64,000 nt of DNA, taken from assembly GCA_044892505.1 (NCBI GenBank), contig CM097883.1:448632001-448696000 (forward strand). The letters are read 5' to 3'. Origin of the DNA: Schmidtea nova. Lineage: Eukaryota. This document shows, piece after piece, positions 43,601-57,281 of this stretch (the first letter of the stretch is position 1; each line of letters begins with the position of its first letter). The notes under the pieces are model-generated. The model had not been told where the DNA came from, did not search any database, and worked only from the letters and a program-made list of their open reading frames with translations. The position numbers and the translations under genes are program-made.

Positions 43601-45612
43601 TTGTCCAACTTGAGAGTCGATAACGCAAACTCTAAACGATCAGAATCTGTAAATCTCTGGGTAATTAGCGATGCATCTATATTATTGACTTCTTTAAGCT
43701 CCATGCCAAATATTCTCATGGTGTCTACACCTCCTATAAAATCTGGATGAATTTTTCTGACAATAATAACATTCAGTTCTCGACATTTGTTGTTCCATTT
43801 TGCAACGATTTTAACGCTTCCAAGAGGTTTCTCGTCTTCTTTTGAAAATACTCCACTCAACCGTATTCTGCTTTCCATTATTTTGGACTGCCAATTAATC
43901 TCCAACATTTCTCACTCATCACACTGATTGAAGCTCCTGAATCCCATAGCATCTCTACATAAAATTCATTTATTTCAATCGTACTCCACTTTCTGTCATC
44001 ATCCTTCTTAAACAACACATCCTTCTTTACAACATTTCGTTTTTTACTCATATACTGCCTCGACCCTATTGACGAAATATAGACAACAGGGTCTTCTAGG
44101 TTTTTTTGAGTCTCAACATTATGTATGACTGGGGCTATCAATTCCTCTGATCTGTCATCGTCTTCGTGTATACAGTACACTCTTCGTTCCAGTCTTTGTG
44201 TATTGCTTCTTGATTTCACTAACAAATTGCAATTTCTAAATGAATGACCTTCTTTACCGCATATTAAGCATTTGTCCTTCAAAGGACACTCAAATCACAT
44301 ATGGTCACTTTGTCCACAACAAAAGCATTGACCAGATCTTAACCTTTCTTCTGCTGGCTCAGGTAGATCACAACATCTATTAAAAACTTTTCTTGCGATA
44401 TGTTTCATTGAAACTAACGGTGGTGGTCTACGATCCATAGTTGTCCTCTCATTATATTGTTCTACCACGGGTTTCACTCTATCAATTTGTCTTTCGCTTC
44501 TTTCATTTCTATTTTGATAACTTATTTCTGGTTGACGACTCGAATACATTCTATTATTTAAAGATGTTTTTTAAATCCATTGCTTCTGTTTATCTTGAGC
44601 AACGTTTGCATAGGTTGATTTCACTACTGCCTGAACTTCTTCAAATCGTTCTTTTGCATCGTAGACTTCTCGTGCCTCATATACTTTTGCTAAATTTCTA
44701 ATTTCTTCCCTCGTGATATTAGCCTTCGTTGAAATATTTTCTTTCAAACGGTCGTTCCGAACTCTGCTGCACAAAATCATTTCAACAATATTTTCTTTTG
44801 AAATTCCACAGTCAAAAACTTCGTCAACAAGTTTCTTTACTTGTATCTCGAATGTAATAAATCTTTCATCGTTATTTTCTTTCACTGCTGATAAGTCACA
44901 AATCTTATCCAAAATGGACTTCTTTTTGGTAAATGTTTCATTAAAACATTGACGAGCTTTTTCATTCGTTGTGGCAATGTCCTTAAATTCTTTCCAGAGA
45001 ATAGATGCCTCTTCAGACAATAATAAATCAAAAATACTTACTAAATTTAGATCATTTATTAGCATCCAATCTTCAATATCCTTGAGCCATTTCTCTGCTT
45101 CTACCGTGCTTCGGCCGTCGAATTTTCTGACATTAAAATTCAAAATGTCTTTTGCCTGTTTAGGCAAAGATTTCATAATCATCTTTCTATGCTGATTTCT
45201 TGTCACCGCGTGAATCGGCTCGATTTTTTCGGCGTGGTCGCCAGTTACAATCTCTTCATAATTCATAATTCATAACAAATTAACAAATTAAAATATATAT
45301 TTTTAAAACAGTGCCAACTTGATAATATTTAAACAAGGTTAATTATTGAACATCACTATAATAATATAATTATAATTAATAATATAATTTATAATGATTT
45401 TAAAGTTTTATTAACAGTCCCGGACCTCCGTATAAACCAATTGGATAGCTGCCTAGGGCTAAGGAATTAACGGGGTCCTCGGTCAGGGGAATGCAAATAA
45501 TTGGGGTGAATAATAGCAACCTAACAATGAGTGGTCAAGCGAATGGAATTAATGAGATCTTTACTACCATTCGGATAATTCGCCTTATTAAGCTGTTGAT
45601 GATAAAATATCA
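40681..45612 (-). mobile_element. Frameshifted Gypsy element (gag, 2 knuckles, protease DSG, RT YLDD, RNase H, integrase) with rearranged terminal repeats
   Basis: ORF fragments 45266-44571, 44549-44295, 44282-43878, 43908-43435, 43401-41812, 41839-41276, 41300-41013; PPT gaagaggaggagag just before 41025; repeats A (40681-40935 = 45358-45612) and B (40937-41025 = 45267-45355). Confidence 0.9.
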
Positions 45613-48600
45613 TTTTCCCAGAGAGAAATCAGCTTAACTGTACTTAACGGTACAAAATATTTCTAGATAGTTTTATTTAATCTTTAATTCATTGGTAGTG
45701 CAGCACCATGGTTTTAGTTTGCGCTGTTTGTTTTAGACGGTATCGAAATTTGACTCTTTTGGTGGGTTGTTGATCGTCAAAATGACCTTGACGTTGTTAT
45801 GGCTCCCATCAAGAACTCAACATACAAAACATTAGATTAACCATCTTGTTGCCTATCACAATGTAACGTTGATAATGCAAGAAATGGGTGGGTATTCGCA
45901 ATCAGTGAGCGTCGAAAAATTCGAAACTACGATTAACCGAATATCTCCTGGGTCCAAGGGCTAACGGTAGAAGGATTAATGCCCATTTTGTCCCTTCTTC
46001 AACAATTTATCTATAAAGATTCCAGAAGATTTTAATCGGAAATTCAAAATAAATAATCTACATCAATATAAATTTATTATTGCATTAAAAGGAATCATTC
46101 CAAGCATCAAAACAATTTATGATAATCAAACAAACTTCATTCTCATACGGACAATCATACCAATAACTTGGAAATCCTAATAATCATGTTATCACCACTC
46201 AATTCGTAAGTTGGATATTCGAAAGAAAGATTATGTTCGGGGAATTTAATTGCTCACTATTTTCCTATTAAACTATCACTTTTTGTGGTTCTTCAAATTT
46301 TTGGTATTTTTATGTATAAAATTGAATTAAAGTTCCACATATGTGCTAACCCCAATGTATGTCTTGCTTATAAAGATATTTACGATTTTACTAGAAATTT
46401 AATATTAAAATTTTTTAAAAATTTGCCGCTACCCTGGCAACAGGAAACGATACAATTTATTTCCAGAAATTTCAATTAACTATACTATAAATTTATTAAA
46501 TTTTTTTATGCCTTTTATTTAAATTTCTGAATTTTAGATCAAATTTTAGATTAAAAAAAATCAAATTTCAAGCGTCCCGATGTCGATTTTATCATTAAAA
46601 AGCTGGTAAAAGAAAAACTATATGGATGACTTTCAAAAATTCAAGTATCCTATTGGCTAAATTTTATTATGGTAAGTCTTATATAACAAAATTTATTGAT
46701 TTTGTTTTATTTCTAGCAACAGATGTTTCCGTTTCAAACTAGAAATAGAGGTAAAATTTCATTTTTCTTTATTTAAATTACATTATTATTCCTAATAGCC
46801 TCAATAATTATCGGAGAAATCTATGGAACTGGCCTCTCAAGTCAGACGTTCAACAGAATAGAAATCATCAATATTGTCAATCAGTTCACAAAATCCAATC
46901 TCTCAGCATATTTTTTATTGCGTTTCCATCGCAAAAAGAAACAAATGGCTGCAGTAAATTCTGGCAAATCCTTTATGCCAACGACTATTGAAAGATAGTC
47001 GTTATCATTGTGATCAGCAACACCAAGTCTATCCTTCCGTGCAAGACTCTTACATGGATTTTGAAATATACGGACTAATCTATGGATATTAATCTTATTC
47101 TATTTTGTTTTTGGAAATTTTATACAAAAAATATTTTTCCATATGAATTTTTCTTACTTAAATGATAATAGAGATATTAGTAAAAATATTTGAACGAAGA
47201 CCAAGCACAGCAGTTTTGTCGTCCGTTTCCCTCATGTAATGTTAAACCCCATCGAAATCCCACTTTCCACGGTCAGTATAATTGGCATAGACGCTATAAA
47301 TTACAGGTTTTCTTTTTGACGATTATTCTTACACTTTTGCAAATTATCCAGAGAATAGTTATTAGTCGATATAAATAAAAACAAAATCAACAATCAGTAC
47401 ATTTTGGAATTAAGAGGATTTACGAAAAGATTTTTTATGGACAGGGTTCACCATAAGGTTAGTTATGAGTATGAGATGTTAACGAATGAGTTTTACTGGA
47501 GTCTTATAAGCAGTAATAATTCTTTCTATGGGCTGGTTAGGCTGACGTATAAAATGTTATTGGTAAATGATGAGCTTGCTTGGGTTTATGATTAGATAAC
47601 TTTTTGAATAAATTTCTTAGATGCACCATGCTGCATGGATGAGGTGAGTAAGTGGAATTTTCATGTGAATTTTCATGTGTGATGTGAGATGTGTTACTTG
47701 GATAGATTTGTGGGTTACGATGTTGGGATGTACAAGTTTATATTCATAAGTATGTTCATAGTTTTATAGCAAATTTTCTCTGTAGTGTTTGTATGTAGAA
47801 AATGAGATATTGATACAATAGGCCATTTACAATGGATGTGATTATGCGAGTGCTTGTATAGATTATCTGGATGTGTGATGTTGATTATTTGTGGCTGTAT
47901 GTTGAATAGAATGTTATGTGAAATAGGTAATTCATTGATGGGTGAGATTGAAATGAGTGCTTGTGAGAATTGGATGTTGATGGATGCTATTGAATGAAAG
48001 GATGTAGTGTGTGTGTGTGTGTGTGTTAGTAAATGAATGAATTTTTTACGGTACTAGTTATGGATGGTGTTTTTTAAAGAATGTTTTTTAGCTTATTTTT
48101 AGTTTTTAGAGGAAGTAAATTATAAATTGATATTTTTATAGATAAAATAATTTTACAATTTATAAATTAACAATTTGAATTTTTTTTTCATTTATAATTT
48201 TTCGGAATAACTATCTAAATTAAACTAAAAAAAGATTTTCTTCTTCACATCATAATAATACTTTCAATTGTAAAATCTTTTTTTCGGGTATGCTAGGAAC
48301 AGTTTAAATTTAAATTTCTATGTAATTTATAAATTGATAAAATTTCAAATATAAGAACTACTATATATTATAAATTAAAAATTTTTAAATAAAGTAAAAA
48401 TAAATCAATTAAATCAAAATTATACAAAATTCATAATTAAATTCTGATATCGTAATTTTTCAACAGGAATTCGAATCTATTGAATTGAATTTTTTATAAG
48501 GTTTACAAAATTATAGAAGTTTTAGATTTAGGATTTTCATTCAATTAACATTCAAAATCAACTCTTTGAATCATAGTGTTTTCGAAATAAGATTTTGTGA

Positions 48601-51084
48601 ATTTAATTTCGATCGAATTTGAATCTTTTGAGCAAAGTGCGCGCGAATATTTCGAGACACTTCACCCGAAAACTTCAGATACCCGAAATTAGAGTTCAAC
48701 TTGAGTAAATTATTATAAATAATTTTCGAATTCAATGAGGTTCAATTTGAATAAATCAATTATTATTCACATATTCTGACGTGATCTAAACGATTCTATC
48801 GGTTGTTGAGCATTTAATTTAACGATTTTCATAGGTTCGATTTTCATTTGGCTTGTAAGTTCTGATGAGATGAAAATGGTGTTTATGAGAGTGAAGTCGA
48901 ATAACGAGATGGATTTTTTTGTGCTGATAAATTTTATTGTAGTAAAGATATTGATAGGTTAATGAACGGGGTTTTTCTTAGAAATGTTAGTTCTCCTTTT
49001 CGATGTGTATTGTAAAATATAGTTTGAATAAAAATACAATATTATAAATTGATTATCATTAGTATGATAAACCTTGCTCTTGGCCAAGCCTCTGTTCACC
49101 AGTTGGGATGAAGTGAACATGGATGAATAAGCGTCACCTGAGGCGGAAATATGGGCTGGCCAGTCACTAACTAAACAGCGATGATCCAGGATACTTCCAT
49201 CTGTACAGCTCGAGGCTGGACTGATTTCAGAATGTAAGGAAAGGGTTTTAATGAGAAAAAAATATAGATATGCATATGATCAATAAATAACAATAAAATG
49301 ATATCATTTTATGAGAAAATGCGACAAAATTAAAATGAAAAATTTAAATACCAAAAAGTATAATTTCAAGAAATTTAATGAATAACACATTAAATGGTAC
49401 AATAACGTATTACCAATATTCCAATCGAAAGGTTAATTAAAATACCTATGGCAGGGTAACAACGGCATGATTTGAAAGCCTGCATAACATAAAATTCAAG
49501 ATCCTTACATAATCGTATGACTTCTCCACTTGGTTCGGATGCGGTTTCTGGAAATCTTTCGAGGGGTTCGCTTCCGGAGAAATCTCCCAAAGGCTTTCAA
49601 AGACAATTCTCTCTTAAAATTTTACTGCTAAAAATGATTTAAAATGTTTTGCAATAAAAATCTTGAAAATTCTTAGCAAATTCTGAATGAGTTCCATTTT
49701 GATAGTGGTATATATATAATTTTCTGCATGTTATTTCCAATGATGAATTAAAACAAGTTATTCCAGAAGGAATTTTAGATTCTTTCAAAATTAAATTTAA
49801 CAATTTTACACAAAACTAAATTAATATTTTTGCATAACATTTTAATAAAACTTTAAATAATTTATTTTTAATCCAAAATTTTACTTTTGAATCAAAGTTT
49901 TTTTAAATTTAATCTACTTTTTTAATTTTTAACTAAAATAATTTTCTTTCGTGTTTTTATGAATTTTCAAGATAAAAATTCAAATTTCACTTCCAAAAAT
50001 ATTTTAATTTGTCTTAATTTGTAATTTTGTTACATAATTGATATTTTTATGTCAAATATGTGTTTTTCACGTGTATACTTAATGCACTTTTGTTCATTTT
50101 AATTTTTAAACGTGTTTTATTTAATTATTTCGGTATTTTGTGATTATTGTGTTTTACTTGGTGTTTTGTCTCTAAAAATTTTAAATAAACTTCTTGCGAG
50201 CTTTCTACGTGCTGTGTTACCGCTTCATTTAAACAATTTTTTGTTTTTGCACAACACTGCTCTTTTTGCGCAAATTGAATATAAGGCCCAGCACAATAGA
50301 TTAAATAACTTCCAAAGCAATTTTGAAATTGTCAAGACACTTTAAAAAGTAATCTACACTTGTTACCAAATAATAAGATAAGTAACTCAAAGAAAAACCA
50401 CCTTTACCTACTTTATTTATAATTTTTTATATTTTTTTCATTTTTATTAACTTGCATACATTATTCTGTGCATTTAACTTTATTTTTTGCACCAATTTAG
50501 ACAAATCAAACAAAAATACATCAAGAATAATTACACGATATTTTATGTGATAGTCCAAAGATCCAAGGGATTTCCCTTCCCTTAGTGTTGGAAACTACAC
50601 TCACTTTTAGTGGACATCCAAACATTTGTCACACATTTTCAGCATTGCTTCGTGATAAGTGGAAGTGCTTAACTAAGGTTGTCCAGTTACCATTTGAACT
50701 GAGTTAGCATAGGAAAGTAGCACCCACCGGAAACATAACACGAGTGAATATGATTATGCAGAAATATCACAATCACCTTATCCAATCTACAATTACAGAT
50801 TTATAGCAATTTATTGTTAAATATCTCGTAACTTCCAATTAATTTATAATTCAACAAATAATTCTTAATATTCAAAAACATTTTATTCCGTTGATATTAG
50901 GGGGCAACTTGAAAGCCTAAATGCATTATTCTCCCATCAAAATGAACTCAATCTCAAACTAGACAATTTACTAGATTTGTTATAAAAAATCGTCTAATTT
51001 GCAATTCATAAAGCGTAATAATTTTGTAATATTTAATTTAGAGTTTTGGATTATTTTGTTTAATTGAATCAATTTACACCAACT

Positions 51085-51700
51085 TGCTCGCATTATTATG
51101 TAACAATTTATTATTTTTGATAATAATTTTTTTTCTTTTCCCTGATTATGATTATTAATTGCCTTATTAATTGCTACAATGAAAAGCCAATTCCATGTAA
51201 AGTCAAAGTTTATCGCCGTTCGGCAAGTTTGCATTTCTGATAGTTTATATTTATCTCATATTATAATATGTTATTATATCCCATGGGAACCGTGGATAAA
51301 TTCTCCTGGCGCCTTAATTATTATTTTATAAAGCAAACTAGTGAATTAATTAAGCAATCCGGTTATATCTTGCAAGTGGAGCTCTTACTGGTTGAATGCT
51401 GGTGCAAGAGCTGCTGGATTATTATTGCCAGATCTAATGACAATATTGAATGCGAGCTTGTCACTTCTGATAATATAAATATGATCAAGTTTATTGATAA
51501 TAATCGCAATAGGATGTCCACGGAACATTTTATATAGATTTCATTGTTACGCATCAAATTTTAATTAGTTGATAATTCTGATTGGCTTATAAATTGATGA
51601 AAGCCCATTCCAATATTTCTATCTGTTGGTTGAATATTTGCTTTTATTATTTGGATTATCTGCATATCTCATAGTCTCACTGACATGCACATTGATATTC
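51085..51700 (-). pseudogene. Truncated TRAF paralog: end of MATH domain plus 3' flank
   Basis: Clearly homologous to 56865-57470 (FISQSELS, NNEIYIKCSVDI and the downstream non-coding tract); frameshift and in-frame stop; cut at ~51700 by the Gypsy element. Confidence 0.8.
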
Positions 51701-51702
51701 AA

Positions 51703-54700
51703 GGGTCGGAGTGAAAATCGAGAAGGTAGTCTGCGAGATACTGTGGATGACGGCGGATGCGGTTCCGTGGAGGAAGATTGTTTAACGGTTCGGCATGCTG
51801 AATGGGTAGAGGGTGAGGGGTTTTGGAGCTCTGGTCGTATTGGGGGTCTTCGATTAAATCTTCGTCGGATGAGAGGTGAAGGAGAAGCTGATTGTCCTAT
51901 TCGCCTAGCACGAAAGCAGGCTTTAGGCGTTTCAATCGTATGATGTGCGGTATACCGTCGATGTCCAGTTGGGCCGTGTTTTTGTACAGTTTTATGACGG
52001 GGAAGGGTCCTTTATACCGGGGCTTCAAAGCATTTTAACTAGGCATGTGAAGCTGAGGTAAGTGTGTTTGGCATGTATGGTTGGTACGAGGTTGAGTATG
52101 TGAAGGACGTGTTGAAGTCTAAGGCGAGGAAGTGACTTCGGGCTTGGTTTATTTGTTGCAATGACGATTCAGAATCTGTCTCTATAAGCTCTGATGGCAT
52201 GCGTGTGTTAGAACCGAACAGTAACTGTGCATGAGATGCTCCACTTGAGCGATTCGGTGTGTTGTGCCACCCTAGTAGTACAAATGGCAGCGATTTGGTC
52301 CATCCAGAGGAAACTGTGAGGATGCGGAGTGTGATCTTCGACGAGGAGCGCGTTCGACGAGGCCATCGGTCTGCGGATGGTAGGCAGAAGCTCGTAGATG
52401 CCTAATGTTGACGGCGGTTGTGATGTTTTTAAACAAGTCTGATTTAAACTGGCGTCCTTGATTTGTAATAATGGTTGTAGGGATGCCGTAACGTAAGAAT
52501 CAGGTAGATGCTAGGTAGTTTGCGACTGTAGGTGCTGTAATATTGGGTATAGGTACTGCCTCTAACCAATGCGTCTTACGAACTATCATGGTGAGAATGA
52601 AGGAAAAACCGTCATCTGCTGGGAGAGGTCCTACTAGGTTGATGTGCAGAATGTCGAAGCGAGAGCCGGTGGGAAAAGGAGAGCTGTGGTTAGACGTGCT
52701 TGTTTACTTTTCTGTTTTTTCAGCCTTGAAATTCGTTTACCTACCATTTAACGTCTTTGAATAGGGCGCACCAGGTGACTTTCTGGCGTAGTAGTGCGTA
52801 TGTGGATTTGATGCCGGGATGATGCAGGTTATGGACAGCGAGAAACGCTTCTTTGCGGAGTGATTCGTGCAGTATGGGGTGCAGAGTGTTGTTATAAGAT
52901 GCGTCGTAATGTACGCCGTCGATGAGTTTGTGGGAGTCTTTGAATTTGGAGATATCAGTCTCGGATGGGGGTGTGGAAGAGAGGATATCCAATGAAAAGA
53001 GGGGGAGAAGTATATTGAATTTACGACTGCGCGCGAAAAACAGTCTACGATGACGTTATATCCTCCTGCGATGTGCTTGATCTCGAAGTCGAACGATGAT
53101 AAAAATGCTAGTTGACGGAACACTCTATTTGGCGGATCTTTCATAGTAAGACAGTAAAGAAGCGGTTTGAGGTCGGTGAAAACAGTGAAGTGTCTGCCTT
53201 CAAGGAAGTGCTTGAAATGTTTAATAGAAAGCACCATTGCCAGTAGTTCTCTGTCAAAGACGCTGTATTTTGTTTCTATTAGCAAGAATTTTAGGGAAAA
53301 AATTCAATCGGGCGATGAATGCCATCTTTGATTTGGTGAAGAACGAAACCTGCTGCTATGTCTGAAACGTCTGTGGTAAAGGTAAATGGAAGGTCATTGT
53401 TCGGGTAATATAGCGTTACAATATTGGTCAAGGCCCTTTTAATGGTAGTGAATGCCGAGTCTGTCTTGGCGCACCATTTGACGATAACCTTCTTCGGACC
53501 ATAATTGAGAGCGGACAGCGGTGCGGTTAAGTGAGATGAGTTGGGAATAAATCTATGGCAGAAGTTAACTGTTCCGAGAAAGCTATGGAGTTCTGTGACT
53601 GTGATCGGCTTTGGGAATGAACGGATGATGTCTAATCTTTCCGGGAATGGTTCGTCTGCCACATCCCCCTTACTCCCCAGACCTCGCACCATCCGATTTT
53701 TATTAGTTTTCCCCTTTGAAATCTGCGATTCGTGGAAGAGATTTCAACGGAGTTGATGAAATTCAAGTGGTCCTGGACGCTTGGTTGGACAGTAAATCAT
53801 GCAGCTTCTTCGTCGATGGAATCAGGAAACTGCCTGATCGATGGCGCCGATATGTCCTTCATAATGGTGCATATTTTGAACATCTCTCTGACACAAATGA
53901 TTGACATTTTTGATGTTTTGAAATTTATACATGTTTCACCGGACAAAACTTATTGGTTTATCCTTATGACCTAGGAAGCGGACGCGTGGCTTGAAAAACT
54001 GGCACTTATGGGGGCTGATCTGTAGGTTGTTCTTGTTCAGAATACCGAATACTTGCAGTAGGACCTTTTCATGTGAGGAGTGATCGGGAGAGGCGACAAT
54101 TATGTCATCTAGATAGGTGAATATGTAACTAAGGTGCTGGAAGGTGGTATCCATGAAGCGTTGGAGTGTTTGTACGGCGTTCTTGAGACAAAATGGTATG
54201 AAGAGGTACTCGAAGTTGTCAAAGGGGGTCGTGACTACTGTTTTTGGGATATCGTCTGGGTCAAAGGGAAACTGGTAAAATGTTTTAGCTAGGTCGATTG
54301 TAGAAAAAACCTTGTTACCATAAAAACGTGAAATTAGGTCCTTGATAAGGGACATTGGATAAGCATCGTGTACGGTAACGCTGTTCAGTGTGCGGAAATC
54401 GCCACACGGATGGAATGAGCCGTCTTTCTTTGTTACCACGTGGATTGGAGATGCCCATGGGGATGAAGTGCGTCGAATAATGCCCTTCTCTTCAAGTTCG
54501 GAGAATTCGAGTTCCGTGGCCTGACGTTTGTTGATTGCAAGCGGTCGAGCGTGACCGCGTTGTGGCGTACAAGGAACGGTACTGATGAAATGAACGGATT
54601 CTTTGCTAGGGGCGTGTGTGGTGGACTTGGTCATAAGATTCGGGAAATGTGCGTCGATGACTAACCCTAAATTGTCTGCTGTTAAAGAAATTGTTGTTGG

Positions 54701-56640
54701 TTGTGCTACTATCGTGGAAACTGATTGAGGGAGCTGATATATTCGTCTGTTCTTACAGTCAATGTTCACTGCTTCATTCGTTAGGAAATCGAGGCCTAGT
54801 ATAAGAAATGTGGTATCGGCGATCTAGAAGGAGTGCGAGAAATGTTTGGGAAAACCTGGAAGGCGAAACTTAATTGTTTTTGTACTGGAGAACAGTATTT
54901 GTGTGCTGTTCGCTGCTACGGCGGAGGATGAACAGGGTGTGTCCGCGATAAAAGTGGTTGGTAGTATTGAATATGAAGAGCCTGTGTCTATAAGGAATTT
55001 TATGGTGCGTTGCTTGGACTGGCCGTGTTCTTCAAACAGTTCGGCATTGATCGTGAAGTTTCCGGGAGTTCTGGGTAAAATTAGTGTAGTTAGGGTTGCC
55101 TTGTTTGTGGTGACGATGGGTATTGGTGAGGTTGGGGAAGGAGATGCGCTTTGTGGCGGCTGTGGTAGAATGTGTGTGTAGTCTGTGTGGCTTTCATCGT
55201 CGGAAAAGTTGAGCGGTGTTTGTGGTATTGTTAGTGGTGTTTTTGATGGTATTGTAAATGCTGCTGCTGGTAGTGTTGTGGGTGGTGCTGCGTGTGGTGT
55301 GTTGGGTGATGTTTTTGTTGGTGCTGTTACTAGTAGTGTGCGAGGTGTTCTTGGTGGTGCTTGAGAATTGGTATTGGTGGTTTTAGTATTGGTATTGGTG
55401 GTGTTGTGCGAGATAATAGTGCTATTGAGAGGGTAGCGGTAGTTTCTGAGATGGTGCTAGCTGCCGGAGTTGATCGTGTGTGCGTTGGACATGGTTGGCT
55501 GCGAGAAAGATAGTTCACTGGCGGGGAGTCATCGAAGTGTCCAGGAATATCCGATGACTTAACTAGTTTTTTGGCGGAAGGTTGTCGCTTGTGCGCCATG
55601 TGCATCCACCAAGGCACGATCTGGCATCGTTCTTGAAGAGGTGATGATGGTTGCAAACTGGAATGGTTGGACTTTGATGGCAGCAAGATTCTGATATGCA
55701 ACCGATGCAGCTTTTCTGTGCATGCTGTTTAAATCTGCTATGATAAAAGCAGATGAGTGGGGCGCTATTATTGCACTGTGTTTTTTGCGCGTGTTGTTGG
55801 TGGGTGATTGGGATGTTGTGCATATGTGATGAAGATGTGTTGTTGGGATATATTTCAACGTTCCGAGGGAAAGAGTAGCGAGGTGTATGGATTACGTTAA
55901 CGGGGGGGGGGGGTAGTGGAGGTGATGTGTAAATATCTGCGTGTGGTTTATGTGGTTGGAGTGCGTGAATGCGATCAGAGATTTTAGCGAGGTAATATGG
56001 GTCTTCAGAGTCGAGCGATACCAGCGACGTTTTTTAGATGGTAGGGTAGTGCAGAAAGGAATTGGTGGGTCAATAGAGGTGCGTTTTTAGAAATGTCGGG
56101 CATTGTCGCGTCGTTTGAATTAACTATCTCTCCAAAAAGAGGCTAGGCTGTTAGCCTGAGTAAATCTGTGGTGCCAATAGTCTTTGCACGGCCTGGGTCT
56201 GCAAAGAAGTGTATTTGGCTGAAATGAGATTCTTCAGAATCTCATATTGATTTCCTGCGTCGAGAGCATCGGCGATTTTCGTGACTAGATCGGCTATCAA
56301 TTCGGAAGGTAAACTGTCGAGGAGGTAATCTGCTCGTGATTTTGGAGAGGAAGACGTACGCGCTTCAAAGATCCGAAGCCACGAAGAAGGTGTGCCAACC
56401 GAGTCCAGAAAAAACAGAATGGAGCGGAATCCGGATGAGGAAAATGGTTCTGCTGCAGGACGAACTCCCTCTAGGATGCGATAGTAGACGTCTAAGATCG
56501 AATTTGGTGGGATCTCGGTGATCGAAGAAACTCGGAACGTGTTGCATGACATGTAAAAGGATGTCTCGTCGATGTGCAGTGTGGCGCCGATGTCTGTGCG
56601 TAAATCCGTGGATATGATATATAATGATAATATATAAAAA
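51703..56640 (-). mobile_element. Decayed CsRn1-like Gypsy element (gag with CHCC motifs, protease, RT, RNase H, integrase); LTRs not found
   Basis: Gag SWLRIFEA...YEILKNLI, CNHHHLFKNDARSCLGGC (CX2HX9CX3C), LIDTGSSYSILP, SPWASPIHVVTKKDG, YLDDIIV, YSVFDRELLA, INLVGPLP, AYHPQTDGLVER; many stops and frameshifts; higher GC than flanks. Confidence 0.88.
53703..53964 (+). mobile_element. 262-bp internally deleted mariner derivative inserted in the Gypsy RT region
   Basis: TA at 53701-53702 and 53965-53966; encodes only a mariner transposase C-terminus (LKSAIRG...GIRKLPDRW...NGAYFE); TIR-like right end cggacaaaacttattggtttatcct. Confidence 0.8.
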
Positions 56641-57281
56641 ACGTTCGAAATATTTTTCTGAATACATAGTTTTTGGGAACTATTCAAGTCTTTTATATCT
56701 TGAACAATTTAATTTACCATCCAATCACAGTTGATAGTTTTTATACCAAGTATAACTATTTTGCCACTGGAAAATAAATTTATACATAATGGTTTATAAT
56801 TTGAAAGTCTTAAAGCAGGAAATATTTCTGGTTCATATATGCATTTGGTTTTCTTTGACAGATAACTTGCTCGCATTACTATGTAAAAATTTATTATTTT
56901 TGATAATTATTTTATTTATTTCCCCAAATTATGATTAAATATTAAACGCCTAATTAATTGCTACAATGGAAAGCCAATTCTATGTAAAGTCAAAGTTTAC
57001 CGCCTTTCGGTAAGTATGCATTTCCCGGTGTTTATATTTATCTCATATCCAATGGGAACCGTGGATAAATTCCCCTGGTGCCTTAATTATTATTTTATAA
57101 AAGAAACGGGTGGATGAATTAATCAATTGAATCAATCCGGTTATATATTGCAAGGGGAGCTCTTATTGGTTGAATGCTGGTGAAAGAGCTGCCGGATTAT
57201 TATTACCAGATCTAATGACAATATTGGATGGGAGCTTGCCGCTTATAATAATATAAATATGAACAAATTTATTGATAATAA

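Noticed and set aside
45880-47000. Exon-like pieces faintly resembling a receptor guanylyl cyclase (FKRPDVDFIIKKL, NYMDD)
   Set aside because: Frames contain stops and I could not assemble a consistent splice path; the similarity is too weak.
47400-49030. GT-rich and GC-patchy tracts suggestive of decayed retroelement or LINE sequence
   Set aside because: No diagnostic motif could be read in any frame.
49070-49590. Two candidate minus-strand exons (GDFSGSEPLERFPE...; PASSCTDGSILDHRC...)
   Set aside because: Splice phases do not match and no product is recognisable.
55898-55912. G-run resembling a polypurine tract before a plus-strand LTR
   Set aside because: It lies within the minus-strand gag and encodes a proline run; no matching LTR was found.
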